NCBI GenBank assembly: GCA_025603075.1
Contig: MU626278.1
Span: forward strand, 114,181 to 178,180
Direction of reading: 5' to 3'
From: Neoconidiobolus thromboides FSU 785
Lineage: Eukaryota; Fungi; Entomophthoromycota
DNA length: 64,000 nt
Translations under genes and position numbers: made by a program
Notes under the pieces: model-generated
What the model saw: the letters and a program-made list of their open reading frames with translations, nothing else
What the model was told of the DNA's origin: nothing
Database searches by the model: none
Shown: positions 23,659-36,220 of the stretch, piece by piece
Numbering within the stretch: the first letter of the stretch is position 1
How the letters are laid out: every line of letters begins with the position of its first letter

Positions 23659-23794
23659 TTTGCTTTTATCAATTTATTAGTAGGTTTTTAATTTTGAAAT
23701 TTTGATATTACTAATAAAATTGATAGTTTTCCAGTTGAAAAATTAAACCAACCCTAATTGTTGATACAAATTTACTAATTTGAATGCAAAATGC

Positions 23795-23900
23795 TATCTG
23801 GGGAGGTACTTTTTGTTTGAAAGTTTTACTAGTAGCCTTTCTGCTCAAATAGCGCTTAAAAATGGAAAAAGTGATGAAATCAAAAATACATTCCTACATA
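23795..23900 (-). mobile_element. MITE family copy 7
   Basis: TGGGGAGGTAC...CTCAAATAGCGCTTAAAAATGGAAAAAGTGATGAAATC...ACATTCC. Confidence 0.85.
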
Positions 23901-26547
23901 TTTTAATAAAGATATAAACAATCATTGAATACTGAGGAGAAAACATGTTTTATTAGCTATCACATTATAAATATATTTAGACTATCAAAAAAAGTAAAAA
24001 AAAAGTCAACCAAGTAAACTCTATATAGTACTGCATACAACACTATCAAGTATGCTTTGGCTTATTTAGTTTGTGAGGAATACGAAATTAAGAAATATTG
24101 GAACTAGGAGTGAGAATTTATTATAGTAGAAGGATTTCCAGTAAAATATTTCAGGTTGAAGGATGTTATTGAATGATTCGTTTTTTCACAAGGACAAATT
24201 CAATACATTCTAAACGTTCTGGCGACAGGATCGAAAATATCGATATATAACTTTTTTTAAGAATAAATGTCGTTTTCATGTGCATTCGCAAGAGTATACT
24301 ATATCTAAATTTTAGTTTTATATAGTAAGTTAAAACTTTGGAATGAGTTATCGTTAAAGAGGTGCTAAATTTTAGTTGAATCTTTAAATTCACCAAAATT
24401 AAAGCGTATCAAACTATACAATTAGAACCGTTTATAGCTTGTTGGTTAAATAAACCCAAACTATGACCCAATAACTTGGGGTATTAAAAATATTGATTTA
24501 TAATTGTTTTGTACTTAATAATAATTATAATGTTGAATTCAATATTAGCTTAGATGTTTTTTTGAAATGGAATTTATATTATTTCATACTGTTAGTTATT
24601 TAATATAAAAAATGTAAAGTTGAAAAGTTCATTGTAAATAAATTATATAATCTAAAAGCACCCATGGTATCAAGACCCATTTTAAATTGATCTAAATTGA
24701 ATATATTGAATAATATAAATTTTGGAACGCTTGGCACTCTGAAAAAATCCGATGAAGCCAAACCATGGTATATCAATACAGCTTACAGTGCTATATCCTT
24801 TGATACCGAAAATCAATGTAATTTTTTATAAATTAAAATAAATTAATAGTAATACTATATTTAATAACAATAGGGGGATCAATGGCGGATACCAAAATGG
24901 GATTCCTGCTACAGCAGCCTGTTTCAATATGAAATTATTGTAAAAATTAACTCAATACCACATTTATTCACTTTAAAAATTGTATTTTGTTAGTACAAAA
25001 TTATACAATAACTTAATATGGAATTTGGGTATCTATCTATTTAATGTCTCTTATATAAAAAGCTTTAATAAAGATTATATGTATTGGGTTTCAAAAATAG
25101 TTTCTTTCTTTCTATTTTTAAATATAAACATTGCTTTATAAGGCAAATTAGGCGGTTTTTTATGGTAAATAGCTTTATGCAGTTCAAATAGAATTTGGGC
25201 AAAATAATAGTTTAAATATTATTTTCTATCATATTTTAAATGAAGAATCAATCAAAAGTGAAAACATTCTGTGCAACTATAATTCAGTTTTAGGAGAACA
25301 AAAAGTGGTTTTGATACATTTTATATTAAGGTAAAAATACAAGTTAACTTGAATTTTTTGCACCAACAATTAATGAGGTTAACATTATTTACATCCCTAA
25401 AGACATTATAAATCACCCCAATATTAGGAAAGCTACTCTTTCAGAAAAACGCAGTTTAACGGTCTATTTGAACCAAGCAGAACTTCAAGAACTAACTATT
25501 AGGGGCCTTGATGTTAGCTGCCTTATATTATACAATAAATGCTATTAGTAAATTTTTATAGAAAAAGTGCCAAGCTTACTGGTAGATGTGTATCAAAGAG
25601 GCTATAATGTAAGAACTATTTTTAATGAAAGGCAAAAATGCAAGTTATCACCACAGAAGAACAATCTGGATATTAACACAACCTATATAGAATCACAATC
25701 AATTCTCAGAGACCGCAGTATTTTAAAAAATTCAAATAATTTCGTATTACACTACAAAGGTAAAAGTTATATAACTCCAAATTTCTTACTATGGTATTAG
25801 AAGAGCACAAGCCTTCCTTTTTTAAAGCTACTTAATTAGATATTTTAACACTGGTGTAAGATGTGAGACCTATTCTATTGATATTGTCATTGTTAACTAG
25901 TTTAATCCTTAAAAAGTATTAGTCTAAATATGGAAAGTGTAGGGATAACCAAAGTTTTTTTAAAAATTGGAACTATTTATAGATCTTATGAAAGGTTTTT
26001 AATGTATCCATACAACATATGCTTTATTACTTTTTTAAAATTAACTTTTGAGTAAAAAACGGAACTTTTTTAAGTTAGAGTTCAAAAATGAGATCTAACA
26101 TTATAACCATTGTATACACTATCTTGTAATTTTATAGCTATTTGGAACTTTTTAATTTGTTTATAATAGCTATTATTAACTGGTATTATTCCATTTGTTT
26201 ATTAAATTTGTTTTATCTTTTATATACAAGCTTTAGAAGCTACATATCCGTTTTTATAAAATGAATTAATCTGTAAGAATAAGAGGTTTTTGAACTTTAG
26301 TTAAAATTGAATGGATTTTTTATAACATTTTGTTTTCAATATTACTAGCTTTTTATAGAATGAAATCGATTAAAATTCTTAAATCTTTAAAAATAGACCC
26401 ATAGAATACTTTGTGACTTAAATTGATATAGTAATAGAGCAATTAAGCTGTTTTATGAAGGATGCTATAACCTCAAATTATTAAATAATATGATCAGTAT
26501 CTGAAACAAGTAAAATAAACAATAGTATTAATATTTTATTAAAAGTA

Positions 26548-27810
26548 TTAACAAGTTGTTGGGGTAAAAGATTTACACTTCAATTTGGAATCAGCACCGA
26601 AGATACCAAAATGTTTTTCGCAACTTTCTCCACCCTTCCATGGAGCGTCATAAGCTTCCATAATGTAATAAGGATATTGATGTTTCTTAGCTTGGCATTG
26701 GAACTGAGTCAAGAATTCGCATTGGTTTTCAATATTAGCGGGGCCAAAGGTAACAGCACCTGTACCGTCAGTAGCCCATCCAGATTCAGAAATACGGATT
26801 TCTTTTGAAATTGAATATTTCTTTTTCATTACATCAAGTTCGGTGAAAAGTCCATTAACAGCAGTAGAAATGGAACCATCCCCATATTTGGCGGTAAAGA
26901 AAGGATAGATATTAGCATATATAATGTCAGAACAATTAATTAATTCAGTATCCCAAGATTTATAGACATCAACGGTGGAAACTGGTAATCCAGAGATACC
27001 AGAGGAAGTTAATTGAGCACGAGCTGAGTTAACGTATTTACATACGGAAGCACAAGATTGTCCATGGAAAACTTCTTCATTACCAACAGTAACTCCGATG
27101 ACAATAGAACGATAGGAAGCATTTTGAAGTACCTTAACAATTGTACTGACTTCATTTTGATATCTAGCTTCTCCTTCACGAGTCCAAACACCTAATAATA
27201 CCTTGATATCTAAGTTGTTCTTTACAATGGCTTTTAGGACATTTTCAACTTGGTTGCAATCGGCTCCATAGAGACGAATATTATTTGTATATCCAGCTAC
27301 AGCTTTAAGTTGAGCTTCAATTTGTTCAAGGTTAAGACAACTTCCGGTTGTGTATGGAGAATAAGTAATACCATTGAAGGTGTTGGATCCTGGTGATGAA
27401 GTTGGATAGGATGATGGTACAGTGGTTGTAGTAGTGGTCGAGATACTGGTAGTAGCATAAGTTTGACTAGAAGTGGCGGTAGTTACTGGAGTGGAAGAAG
27501 TAACTATGTAAGTTTGGCTAGGAGTGACAGTAGTAACTGGAGTAGAAGAGGTGACTACATAAGTTTGAGATGTGGCGGTGGTGGCTGAAGTGATTGGGGT
27601 GGTAACTTCATAAGCATTTGAAGTGGTTACAACTACCGTAGTGATTGAGTAACTAGAAGTAGCTGGAGTAGTTACTTCATAAGTGTTTGTAGTAGATGAA
27701 GTTGAAATAGAGGTAACTGGGTATTTTGGATGACATTTCTTTTTAGCATCAACAGAGGTTGATAAGATCAATGTACAAATGATGGTGGCAATGCGATTAT
27801 AAGTGAACAT
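26548..27810 (-). CDS. Secreted GH17 glucan 1,3-beta-glucosidase/glucanosyltransferase (Bgl2/Scw4-like) with a Ser/Thr-rich N-terminal repeat region
   Basis: Signal peptide; imperfect ~16-aa repeats (SQTY.VTSSTPVTT); GH17 motifs GITYSPY, NIRLYG, GVTVGNEE, ANIYPFF, ISESGW, EAYDAPWK, EKHFGIF with both catalytic Glu present. Confidence 0.92.
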   Translation of the reverse strand: MFTYNRIATIICTLILSTSVDAKKKCHPKYPVTSISTSSTTNTYEVTTPATSSYSITTVVVTTSNAYEVTTPITSATTATSQTYVVTSSTPVTTVTPSQTYIVTSSTPVTTATSSQTYATTSISTTTTTTVPSSYPTSSPGSNTFNGITYSPYTTGSCLNLEQIEAQLKAVAGYTNNIRLYGADCNQVENVLKAIVKNNLDIKVLLGVWTREGEARYQNEVSTIVKVLQNASYRSIVIGVTVGNEEVFHGQSCASVCKYVNSARAQLTSSGISGLPVSTVDVYKSWDTELINCSDIIYANIYPFFTAKYGDGSISTAVNGLFTELDVMKKKYSISKEIRISESGWATDGTGAVTFGPANIENQCEFLTQFQCQAKKHQYPYYIMEAYDAPWKGGESCEKHFGIFGADSKLKCKSFTPTTC

Positions 27811-28679
27811 ATTAATATTATATTAAATGGTAATAATAAAAATAATTTTGATATTAGATTAATATTAAAGTAAGATTACCAAGAGGACAAAAGCCACCTT
27901 GAAATACCTTTTTATAGTTCCCAGTTCAGTTAATCATATTATTACTTCATTACCAGATTTTCAAGATACAATTAAGTAATTTACTTCAATAAATTAAGTG
28001 GAGTTCCAAAAGTAAAATTTAAGCCAATCAAACTTATTGAAATTTTACCCTTTCATGTTTTTGGAAGTAATTTTATGGGGTCTATTATTAAATGGATTTC
28101 TTCTATATTAAGTGTGTTTCTAGAAACATTCATAATTTATAGCAAATTGTAATTAAAATTACAGTATAAACAAACTGATTTTATTAAAACATAGTTTAAT
28201 ATAACTGTTGCTAATGCTAAAAATAAATATTATATGATATATTATGATTATTTAATTAATTGTTGATTAATGTAAATGTTGATTTAATAAACATGTTTTA
28301 TTACAAATCAATTTTATAAATCAACTTAATTATTTGCAATAAATCAAAATCAAAACTATAATTATCAAATATTAAAATTTATTAAAATTAAATTCAAGCT
28401 AAAAATTTAATACAAAAATAGAATAAAATAAAAATAAACTTAAAATTCTCATCTATCAAAGCTTTGTTTCAATAGATGGGATCCCTATAATCTAGATAAT
28501 AACACACTTCGAAGAACCAACACTTTGCAACTCAAACAATAGTAACATAACAGAATATTTTTGCAAATCAGATTAAGAATCACAAAAAAAGGCAGAAGAA
28601 TTAATTAAACAGTAACAACAAATTTAAGCAACCCAATCTCTAATAACCACCATCTTATTTTCTCAAAATACTGCTACTA

Positions 28680-31134
28680 TTATCTATAACTTGTAGGTCG
28701 AGGCTTAAATGCAGTAGCAAAAAATCTTAAAATTGGAAGGTCATATTGATTGACTTTAAGAAGCTTAAGAAAGTCTGGTAAGTTAGCTTCTGGGTCAATC
28801 TCTTTACCTTTTTCTCGAAATAATTGCATGTACTGTCCAAACATCCTCCCTTTACATGACCATGTCTCTTTTAATGCTATCAATTTCAATCTTACTTCTT
28901 GAGAGGTAAGTCGAAGCGGTGACATTTGCTGTCCTCCAGTTAAAAATGAAATCGTATTTTTAGCTAATGGGAAAGGTAAAGATGTATAATCGAAAACAGA
29001 TGGTGGGTCTTTAGGTGATAATGCATATTTATCATCACATTGTTGAGCAATTGATAAAATTTCACTTACAAATCCAGAAAATAAAGAGCCTTGGTCATTT
29101 GGCTCATTCATTCCGTAATACGTGGAAGCAATGATATCAAAATTAGTAAGGCTTAATAGACTTTCTTTAGATCCATAATTTGGGATATCTATTTCTAATA
29201 AAATCAATCCATTAAGGTCAATATCGTCGGGAATCGCAACACCCCTTTGTATCCCAAGAATATTGCTTACCCATATATGCTGATATGTGCTCTCATAAAG
29301 GGACTTTCTTATACATAACAATGGCAAAATATCCTAAAAATATTAATATTAAATAAACATTTCATTAAAAAAACGTACTTGCAAAACATTGATTATATCC
29401 TTAACTATCCCTCTTGAAGATGATCTAATAACAACCTGATTTCCGATTGCTAAATTGAACATCAATTTTCCAAACTGAACACGTCCTAAAGCATGGTATA
29501 ATTGTCCTAAATGAGATATCCTTGGATGTGTCGAAACTGAACTTGAAGATATTGTACTTCCTGGTGAAGAAGCTTGAGTTTCCGATCTATCTTTAAATCC
29601 ACTAGAAATTGGAAGAGCATCAACAAGAACCTAAATTAGTTAAGTAAATAAAAATTATAAATTGAACTGTTAGCTAAACCATAATAAACTTACAGTTGTA
29701 GGCTCTACCCACTTTTGCCAAGGTGTCTGCTTGGATTCGTTCAGTCGCTTTGCTCCTGCACTTAAAATAAGAGAAAACGATACATGTAGTGTAGCAGTTA
29801 AATACTATAATATTATTATAAATGGGCTAATGGTACATTTTAAAAATATTTGATAAGACTTACTGGCAATGCTAAAAGTTCCTCAAGAGTTCTCATTGAT
29901 TTTTGAGTAGATGAACGTCTTCTTAAAAAGTTATCTGCATTTATATTGATAAGTAATCTTGTTTTTTAGAGCTAGTTTTCCTTACCAGATGTGCCTGAAG
30001 GATGCGGTTCTTGTGTTAAAGAGCGATTAGTTAAAATGGAAGGATTGGGGTTTGACTGAACAGGAGAAGGTTGGAAAGCTGTATTTTGCACTAAAAGAGA
30101 TTGTGCTTTAAGCTTTCTGTCATTATCAGGCTTGGATGTCGCACTTGCTCTTGATTGTAAAAATCTTGCAAGAGAGCGAAATTTTCTAAAACAAAAGGTT
30201 TAAAATTTATAATTAACAAACAAACTTTAATTCTTTTTTATATAAAAAGGCTAAAGCTTTGTAAAAAAAATATACCCGATTAAAAAGGTGGAAGAAGCAA
30301 TTAAATATAAACGATCGGTCATTAAGATGGATATCGCATAAAATCGTTGAGAGCCACGTGCTCTATCATCACGCAACTTAAACATATAGCTTAATGTATA
30401 CCCATGTTTTTCGTTTCCAAATAAAACTGGACCTTCTCTTCCTGGACAAAACTCGCAGCTTAAGCTAGTTAAATTAAATATTAGATTTAATCGTACAAAC
30501 AAACATATGTAGTAAATCGTTGAATTCAAAAATACCTTCTAACGCAAGCTTGTCTGAGAGCAGCATATAACCTTGGATGGTTTGGGTATCTTGTTGTAGA
30601 ATAAATAACATCGTTTTCACCATCTTGCGACTTATAAGATCGATTTGGATTTTCAGCAAAATTTGGTAAGGGGAAATTAGGGGTGCAGCCATTACAGTGA
30701 GTTACTGATAGGTTTCTATTAATTTTAAGGGGATTTGGTGTTGTTAGATTTTCATTCCTAGGTACATTTGATGTACTTATTGTGTCTGAGGATATTGTTA
30801 ATGAATCTTTACTTAAATATTTGGAGTTTTGCAAATAAAACATACTATTAGTTGACTTATTCATAGATAAGATAGAGCTTGGGTCTGGATAAGAAGCAGG
30901 CAAAGGATTATACGGTGTGGTTCCAAAAGACATTGTTGAAGAAAAGGATAAACCACCCATATAATCATTTAAGCCATTCCCTGTTTTACTTTGATCTGAA
31001 AACGAGGCGTTTATATGCTCAGTGAAATTGATTAAAGACAAAGGTTGCAAATCGTTATGCGTAGTTTGAGTTGAAAGGACAACAGTTGGACCATGAGCTT
31101 CGCAAAAATGAACTAAAGAAATAACAGCGTTCAT
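28680..31134 (-). CDS. FLCN: Folliculin (FLCN/Lst7) homolog, multi-exon
   Basis: N-terminus [39 protein letters not shown]...YTLSYMFKLRDDRARGSQRFYAI. Continues through introns to ORF 28680-29327. Confidence 0.88.
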
Positions 31135-31999
31135 TTTAATAATAGTCTAAATTAAGTGGATAACTAAGTTTCAATTGTATTTTTTTATTTTTTTATAAAG
31201 TGAGGGTATTGGTTGATCTGTTTAGTATAAATTTAGATAAGATCTATACCAAAGTGCTTTGGCTATGAGTTAATTATATGATGGAAGTATTGACAGAACA
31301 ACCAACGCCATTGGAAAACTAAAAAACAAAATTAAAAGTGAATTTGTCAATAAAATTAGTTTTGTGATAAGAAAAGTATTAGTAAGGGGAATTTCTAAAT
31401 TTGGTAAATATACCTTCTAGCCAACCATCTCTTGGTTATGCTTGGCTATTGAACCAATAAGCAATGTTCATAACCTTATCTTAAAACTTTTTGTACCCAA
31501 TCGGGAATATATTCAATTAGTTTTATTTGATTAAATTAGATTAAACAATTAATTTAAGTTCATGCACCCCTAACTTAATAGGATTATCAAATCAGGTGAA
31601 GTGAGAAATCAAACCCAGCAAATAATGGGTAAATTATATTTTGGTAAAAGTATAATTTATTATCTTTAGATAAGAAAATTATTATATAAGAAAATCTATA
31701 ATGTAAGGACTAAGGGATCCAACAATTACTACTATTTATAATATAATGTAATATAATAAAATTATAAATTCCATATATAAAATAGCCATTATGATTATAA
31801 CTATTCAATTGAATATGTCATAATTTAATCGATTTTATAATTAATAAAACTTTGTTAATATACGAGGTTTAAATAACATTTATAATAATATTATGTAACA
31901 AAATACCAAAAGAATTGTTCTCAACACTATTTTTAAATAAAATTTTATTAAACTCATAATTTATAAAAACACAGTTAACATTATTCTTGTTTCATCACA

Positions 32000-33786
32000 T
32001 TAAGTTAAAGTTTGAAGATTAATCAAAGCTAATAACATGTCTTGTAATACATGTATAGTTACTAATATCATAGCACGGATGACTTCAGGATATCTATAAA
32101 AATCTTGAACTGCTTCTCTTGTAATTGAATGATCATACACTTTTTTAAATATAAGTCGAGTAATAAAAGCACTCAATAGTTCACAAACCCATACACCTAA
32201 ACTAGCAGTAATTCTTAAGGGATAAAAATTATTATTTCCAGGATTGGTAATATCTGGATCAAACTTTCCAAAATGAGGGTAGACACGAGAATTTTGGCCA
32301 AAGTGTAATATGTTAACCCAGCATAAAAACCCAACCATAGAAGCATTCTCTGCTAAATTTCTTATAAAAAAAGATCGCCCTACATTTTTACAATAATCTT
32401 CATATTTTCTTTTGGATCCAAACCATTTAGTTATATTATAAACAAATTTTGACATTCTCAATGGATAATTAAATATGACCCAAAGCGATGAGCAAATTTG
32501 TACTGTATAAAATTGTTCTGCACTACGTAACTTTATAAATAAATTACGATAAAACACAAAATAAATCAAAGCAAAATACAGCCTATATACATGAGATAAT
32601 GCCCAAGATCTTATCCTAGTTTCAACTATATAATCACAAATAAAATCCAAAATAAATACAGTTACTACCCAAGTGTAAACATAGATAATACCATCCAACC
32701 AAGACTTGTCTTCTGTTGATGTAAATTTCAAAGCATACGTTTCACCTAATATTAAAGCACTAAAATTGATTATTAATGTAAAACAAAACCACAGAAAACG
32801 CTTATAAGAATATGGGATTCGATTATCTTGTATCAATAAAAATATTTTTTGAGCATCTGTTAATGAGTGCCTATAAACATTTCTTTTTTCATTACGTATA
32901 ATCAAAAAAGCTGAGAATAAAGGCAACATTAATGTAATAAAAGTCAATAATACCCAGGTATAAACAGACTTATAAAAGAAATTAAAATAGTAAATTAACG
33001 AACCTAAAAACATAGAAAATAGCCAAAAAAAGAAAGTGGACCATAATCCACCTATAGATTTAGGCCACCAATGAAACGAATATAAATTAAAATACTGAGA
33101 TACCATCAATAACGCTGTTAAATTATAAAACCCATAATAAAATAATAAAAAGAACCAGAACTTCATTTGATATGCATCATGTGGATTATCACTATCGCCT
33201 GGATCCACTTCTACTACTTGTAATGGAACACTACACCATATAGAAACCTAAACATTAGCTATAATACTCATTCAATTAAATTTAAACTCACTATTGCAAC
33301 TGGGAACAGTACTAATAATAAAGCCCTAGATATCATTGAATTAGTACATCGAAATAAAAATGAGTTCCATTTTGATGTTGGGTTGGCTGATTGATAAGAA
33401 ACTGAGTTAGGCCTAAAGATACTAGTATTTTCGTCACTATTTGTTGTATCAATAAATGAAGTTGTTGAAGAAGAAGTGCGATAAGGTATCTTTAAATCTC
33501 TAAAAGTAAACATATCGTCCCACCTTGGATCATTATAATATTCATCCTCTAATTCATTGACTTGAGAAGGCGAAATGGATTGATAACTTGAGCTAGATAA
33601 ATAACTTGAATATGAATTATGCGATGTCATTGATATTGATGTATTTTTGTTATGAGTTCTATGAGCAGGTAAGATATTAATTGGATTGGACATAGATGAA
33701 AGACCTCTTACTACCTCATTATAACTCTCTCTGGATTTGGACCTACTTTTATTTACGTTGATGTCTATATCTTTGTTATTTTGCAT
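32000..33786 (-). CDS. Multi-pass fungal membrane protein of unknown function, 2 exons
   Basis: A 44-nt intron (33248-33291) joins a Ser-rich N-terminal ORF to a 402-aa hydrophobic ORF (KFWFFLLFYYGFYNLTALL...LYSFHWWP; FFIRNLAENASM). Confidence 0.8.
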
Positions 33787-34249
33787 TGATACATTGGCTT
33801 ATTGAAAAATTAATTAGGTTAACTGAAAGTTGTTTTCTTTTATTAACCCAATGAGAATTTCTTTTGATTTTCCATTTATAGACTAAAGATGGAGTTATTA
33901 TTTTTAATAGATCTAAGATCCTCTAAAAACTAATTAAATCATTTCAATTGAATTCATGTTCTAAATTAATTGGCTGCTTAATTTACCGGAGATATGATAA
34001 CAATATTAGAATGAGATTAAAACACATATTAAGTTAATGATAAATCAGAATTTATTATAAACTATAATCTTAATTTGTACAGTAAATTCACTATTGATTG
34101 AATGAACAAATATAAAATAACTAGTTTAAATGTTATAAATTACGAAATTCTACTAATTTAATAAAATCATCTTTTTATTTTAAATTGTTTTGGCTCCTAA
34201 AGCAGTATTTCATTGAAGTGCCACATTGCTAAAAAAATTACTTGACTGC

Positions 34250-34620
34250 ATATGGGGATGTCTAAATTGGTTTCATTTTTTTATTTAATTTTTAATATTT
34301 TATATTTTAAAAACTACTTAAAATTGTAAAAATAAATCCCTTATTAAAAAGCAAAAGTACCTGACACGATTTTGAATTATTTTACTATAATTTGTATTGC
34401 AAGTTAACTGAATTTTTACTAGATCTAATAAAAATTCCTAGATTAGCAAGGCTTTTATTAATATAGTCTATAGATTGATATTAATCAAAATTGTATTATG
34501 TAAACAAACACATATTTCTATAAAACTTTATTAAAAATCATTTATTATTGACTGCTTTATAGCCAATATTCCAGATTTGCTATCGAATAAATAAATTATT
34601 TTAATATTATAATTGCATTA
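34250..34620 (+). mobile_element. Longer non-autonomous DNA element sharing the MITE left terminus (copy 2; empty at the LTR site)
   Basis: Starts ATAT-GGGGATGTCTAAATTGGTTTCATT; a single ATTAG at 34442-34446 where copy 1 carries the LTR. Confidence 0.7.
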
Positions 34621-35084
34621 TGTAAAATCTGGCACTCAGTGATTGGAGTCAAAAACAGCTATTGCTTAGTTGACTACACTATAAGTTGAAAAGTCTTAGT
34701 TTATGTAATCAAGCTAGACTTGGATTATAAAGAATACCACATAATAGGCTATGAACTATGTAATACAAATAGAATAGATAATAGCAATATAAAATCTACG
34801 TAAAATACTATTGATAAAACTTAGCAGCTTTATCAAATGTATGAGATACCAGGGAATACTCAGTTAAAAAAGTCTTGAACCACTATATTATAGAATCCCT
34901 TTTATACTCTGACAAGTATAAATGTCAAAACGAGAAGATAATATCCTTTAGAATGAAGCTAGAAATTCTCATAGGAAATCAAAATAAGAGCATGGGATTA
35001 ATTGTCTCTGAACTCGAGAACACAACAGCTTAGGCGATTACTATGTTATAATTAACAATGGAACTGACAAAGCGATATTTCACA
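34621..35084 (-). mobile_element. Solo-LTR-like element copy 3 (no MITE insertion; flanks do not form a TSD)
   Basis: TGTAAAATC...ATATTTCACA; reverse complement of 21425-21988 without the MITE. Confidence 0.7.
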
Positions 35085-35228
35085 CCTGCTTATATATCAA
35101 TCTTCATAAACTTCTCAAATAAAAACTTTTTAAATATTAAATTAATTAAAATATTTACTATATATTATCTGATGGATATTTTTTATTATTAAATCTTAAT
35201 AAAGTAGTTAAGTTATTAAATAAATATT

Positions 35229-35334
35229 ATATGGGGATGTATTTTTAGGTTTAAGAATTTTATTAGCAAATTTTCCACTCAAATAGCGCTCAAAAGATAG
35301 AAAAAGTGGCGAAGCCAAAAAAACGCCCCCATAT
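35229..35334 (-). mobile_element. MITE family copy 8
   Basis: ATAT-GGGGATGT...ACGCCCCC-ATAT. Confidence 0.92.
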
Positions 35335-36069
35335 ACTGAAGCTATAGCTGATAATAATACTACTTATTAGTTTTTATTTCTTGTTTTCTTTAAAGCATTA
35401 TTTTTATGTATTGCTTAAATTTACCATTATTATCAATAAACTTTAACTCTTTTTCTTTTGTTATAAAATTTTGTAAACCCTGGATTGTTATAAATAGTCA
35501 CTGAAATTAACAGATAAATTACAATGTTTATATATTGTGCTTCTTTTTATTACAAAAAATTTTAAAAACTCTATTTCAAAGTTTAGTTCTAAAAATTTCA
35601 TTTATTTTCATGTTAATAAAAAGTAAAGCCAAATAACTATATATTTATTATATATTTAATAAAAACAAAATAATTAAAATAAGTCTTTTAAGTTAAATTT
35701 TTTATTATTTAACTTTAGGCTTTTTAAATTTAACTGAATCATACATACATTTAAGAACTTACCAATTTTAAAAAAAAATGGATTATTTTTAATCAAATTT
35801 TAAAACCAATTCAGACATTTCTATATACTAAATGAGATGTTTGATTTTGGAACAAAATTCAACATTTATAATTTGAGTGGTAAAATATAAAATAGCTAAT
35901 CAAAGTACATAATAATCGTATCTATCATAGTATAAAATAAAGATTGGAAAACGCTAGTATATTTCAAATAAAAGATAATAATCCATATGTTTAAAAAATA
36001 GCCTTTAATAGTATAAAATAATAATAACAAATACTGAAATTATAAAGATCGATCTTTATTATTTGTAAT

Positions 36070-36220
36070 AGATCTGAAGGTCATTTAGACAGGAGGTCAA
36101 TAGCTTTGGTAATAGTGATACGACGCTTGGTAGTCAGCAATAATTATTTTGGCAGGCGATTTTTGATTCTTCTATAGGTGAGAGGGATGGTAGGATCTGA
36201 CCACAGGTTCTCGTAGTATA
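36070..36220 (+). pseudogene. Possible relic of a non-LTR retrotransposon AP-endonuclease domain
   Basis: A locally GC-richer island. One stop-riddled frame reads SAIIILAGDF*...GSDHRF, the two hallmark EEP motifs, but they are abnormally close together. Confidence 0.25.

Noticed and set aside
24100-25800. Coding-like fragments, including ORFs 24166-24396 and 25567-25800 and an intron-like segment near 24828-24873
   Set aside because: Every frame has stops and no recognisable motif; probably decayed sequence, but not assignable.
34621-35084. Apparent conserved reading frame (CKIW.S..G.KNSYCLVDYT...) across the three LTR-like copies
   Set aside because: It has many stops, and frame conservation is expected of any homologous non-coding copies. 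TG...CA ends and a 5-bp TSD fit a solo LTR better.
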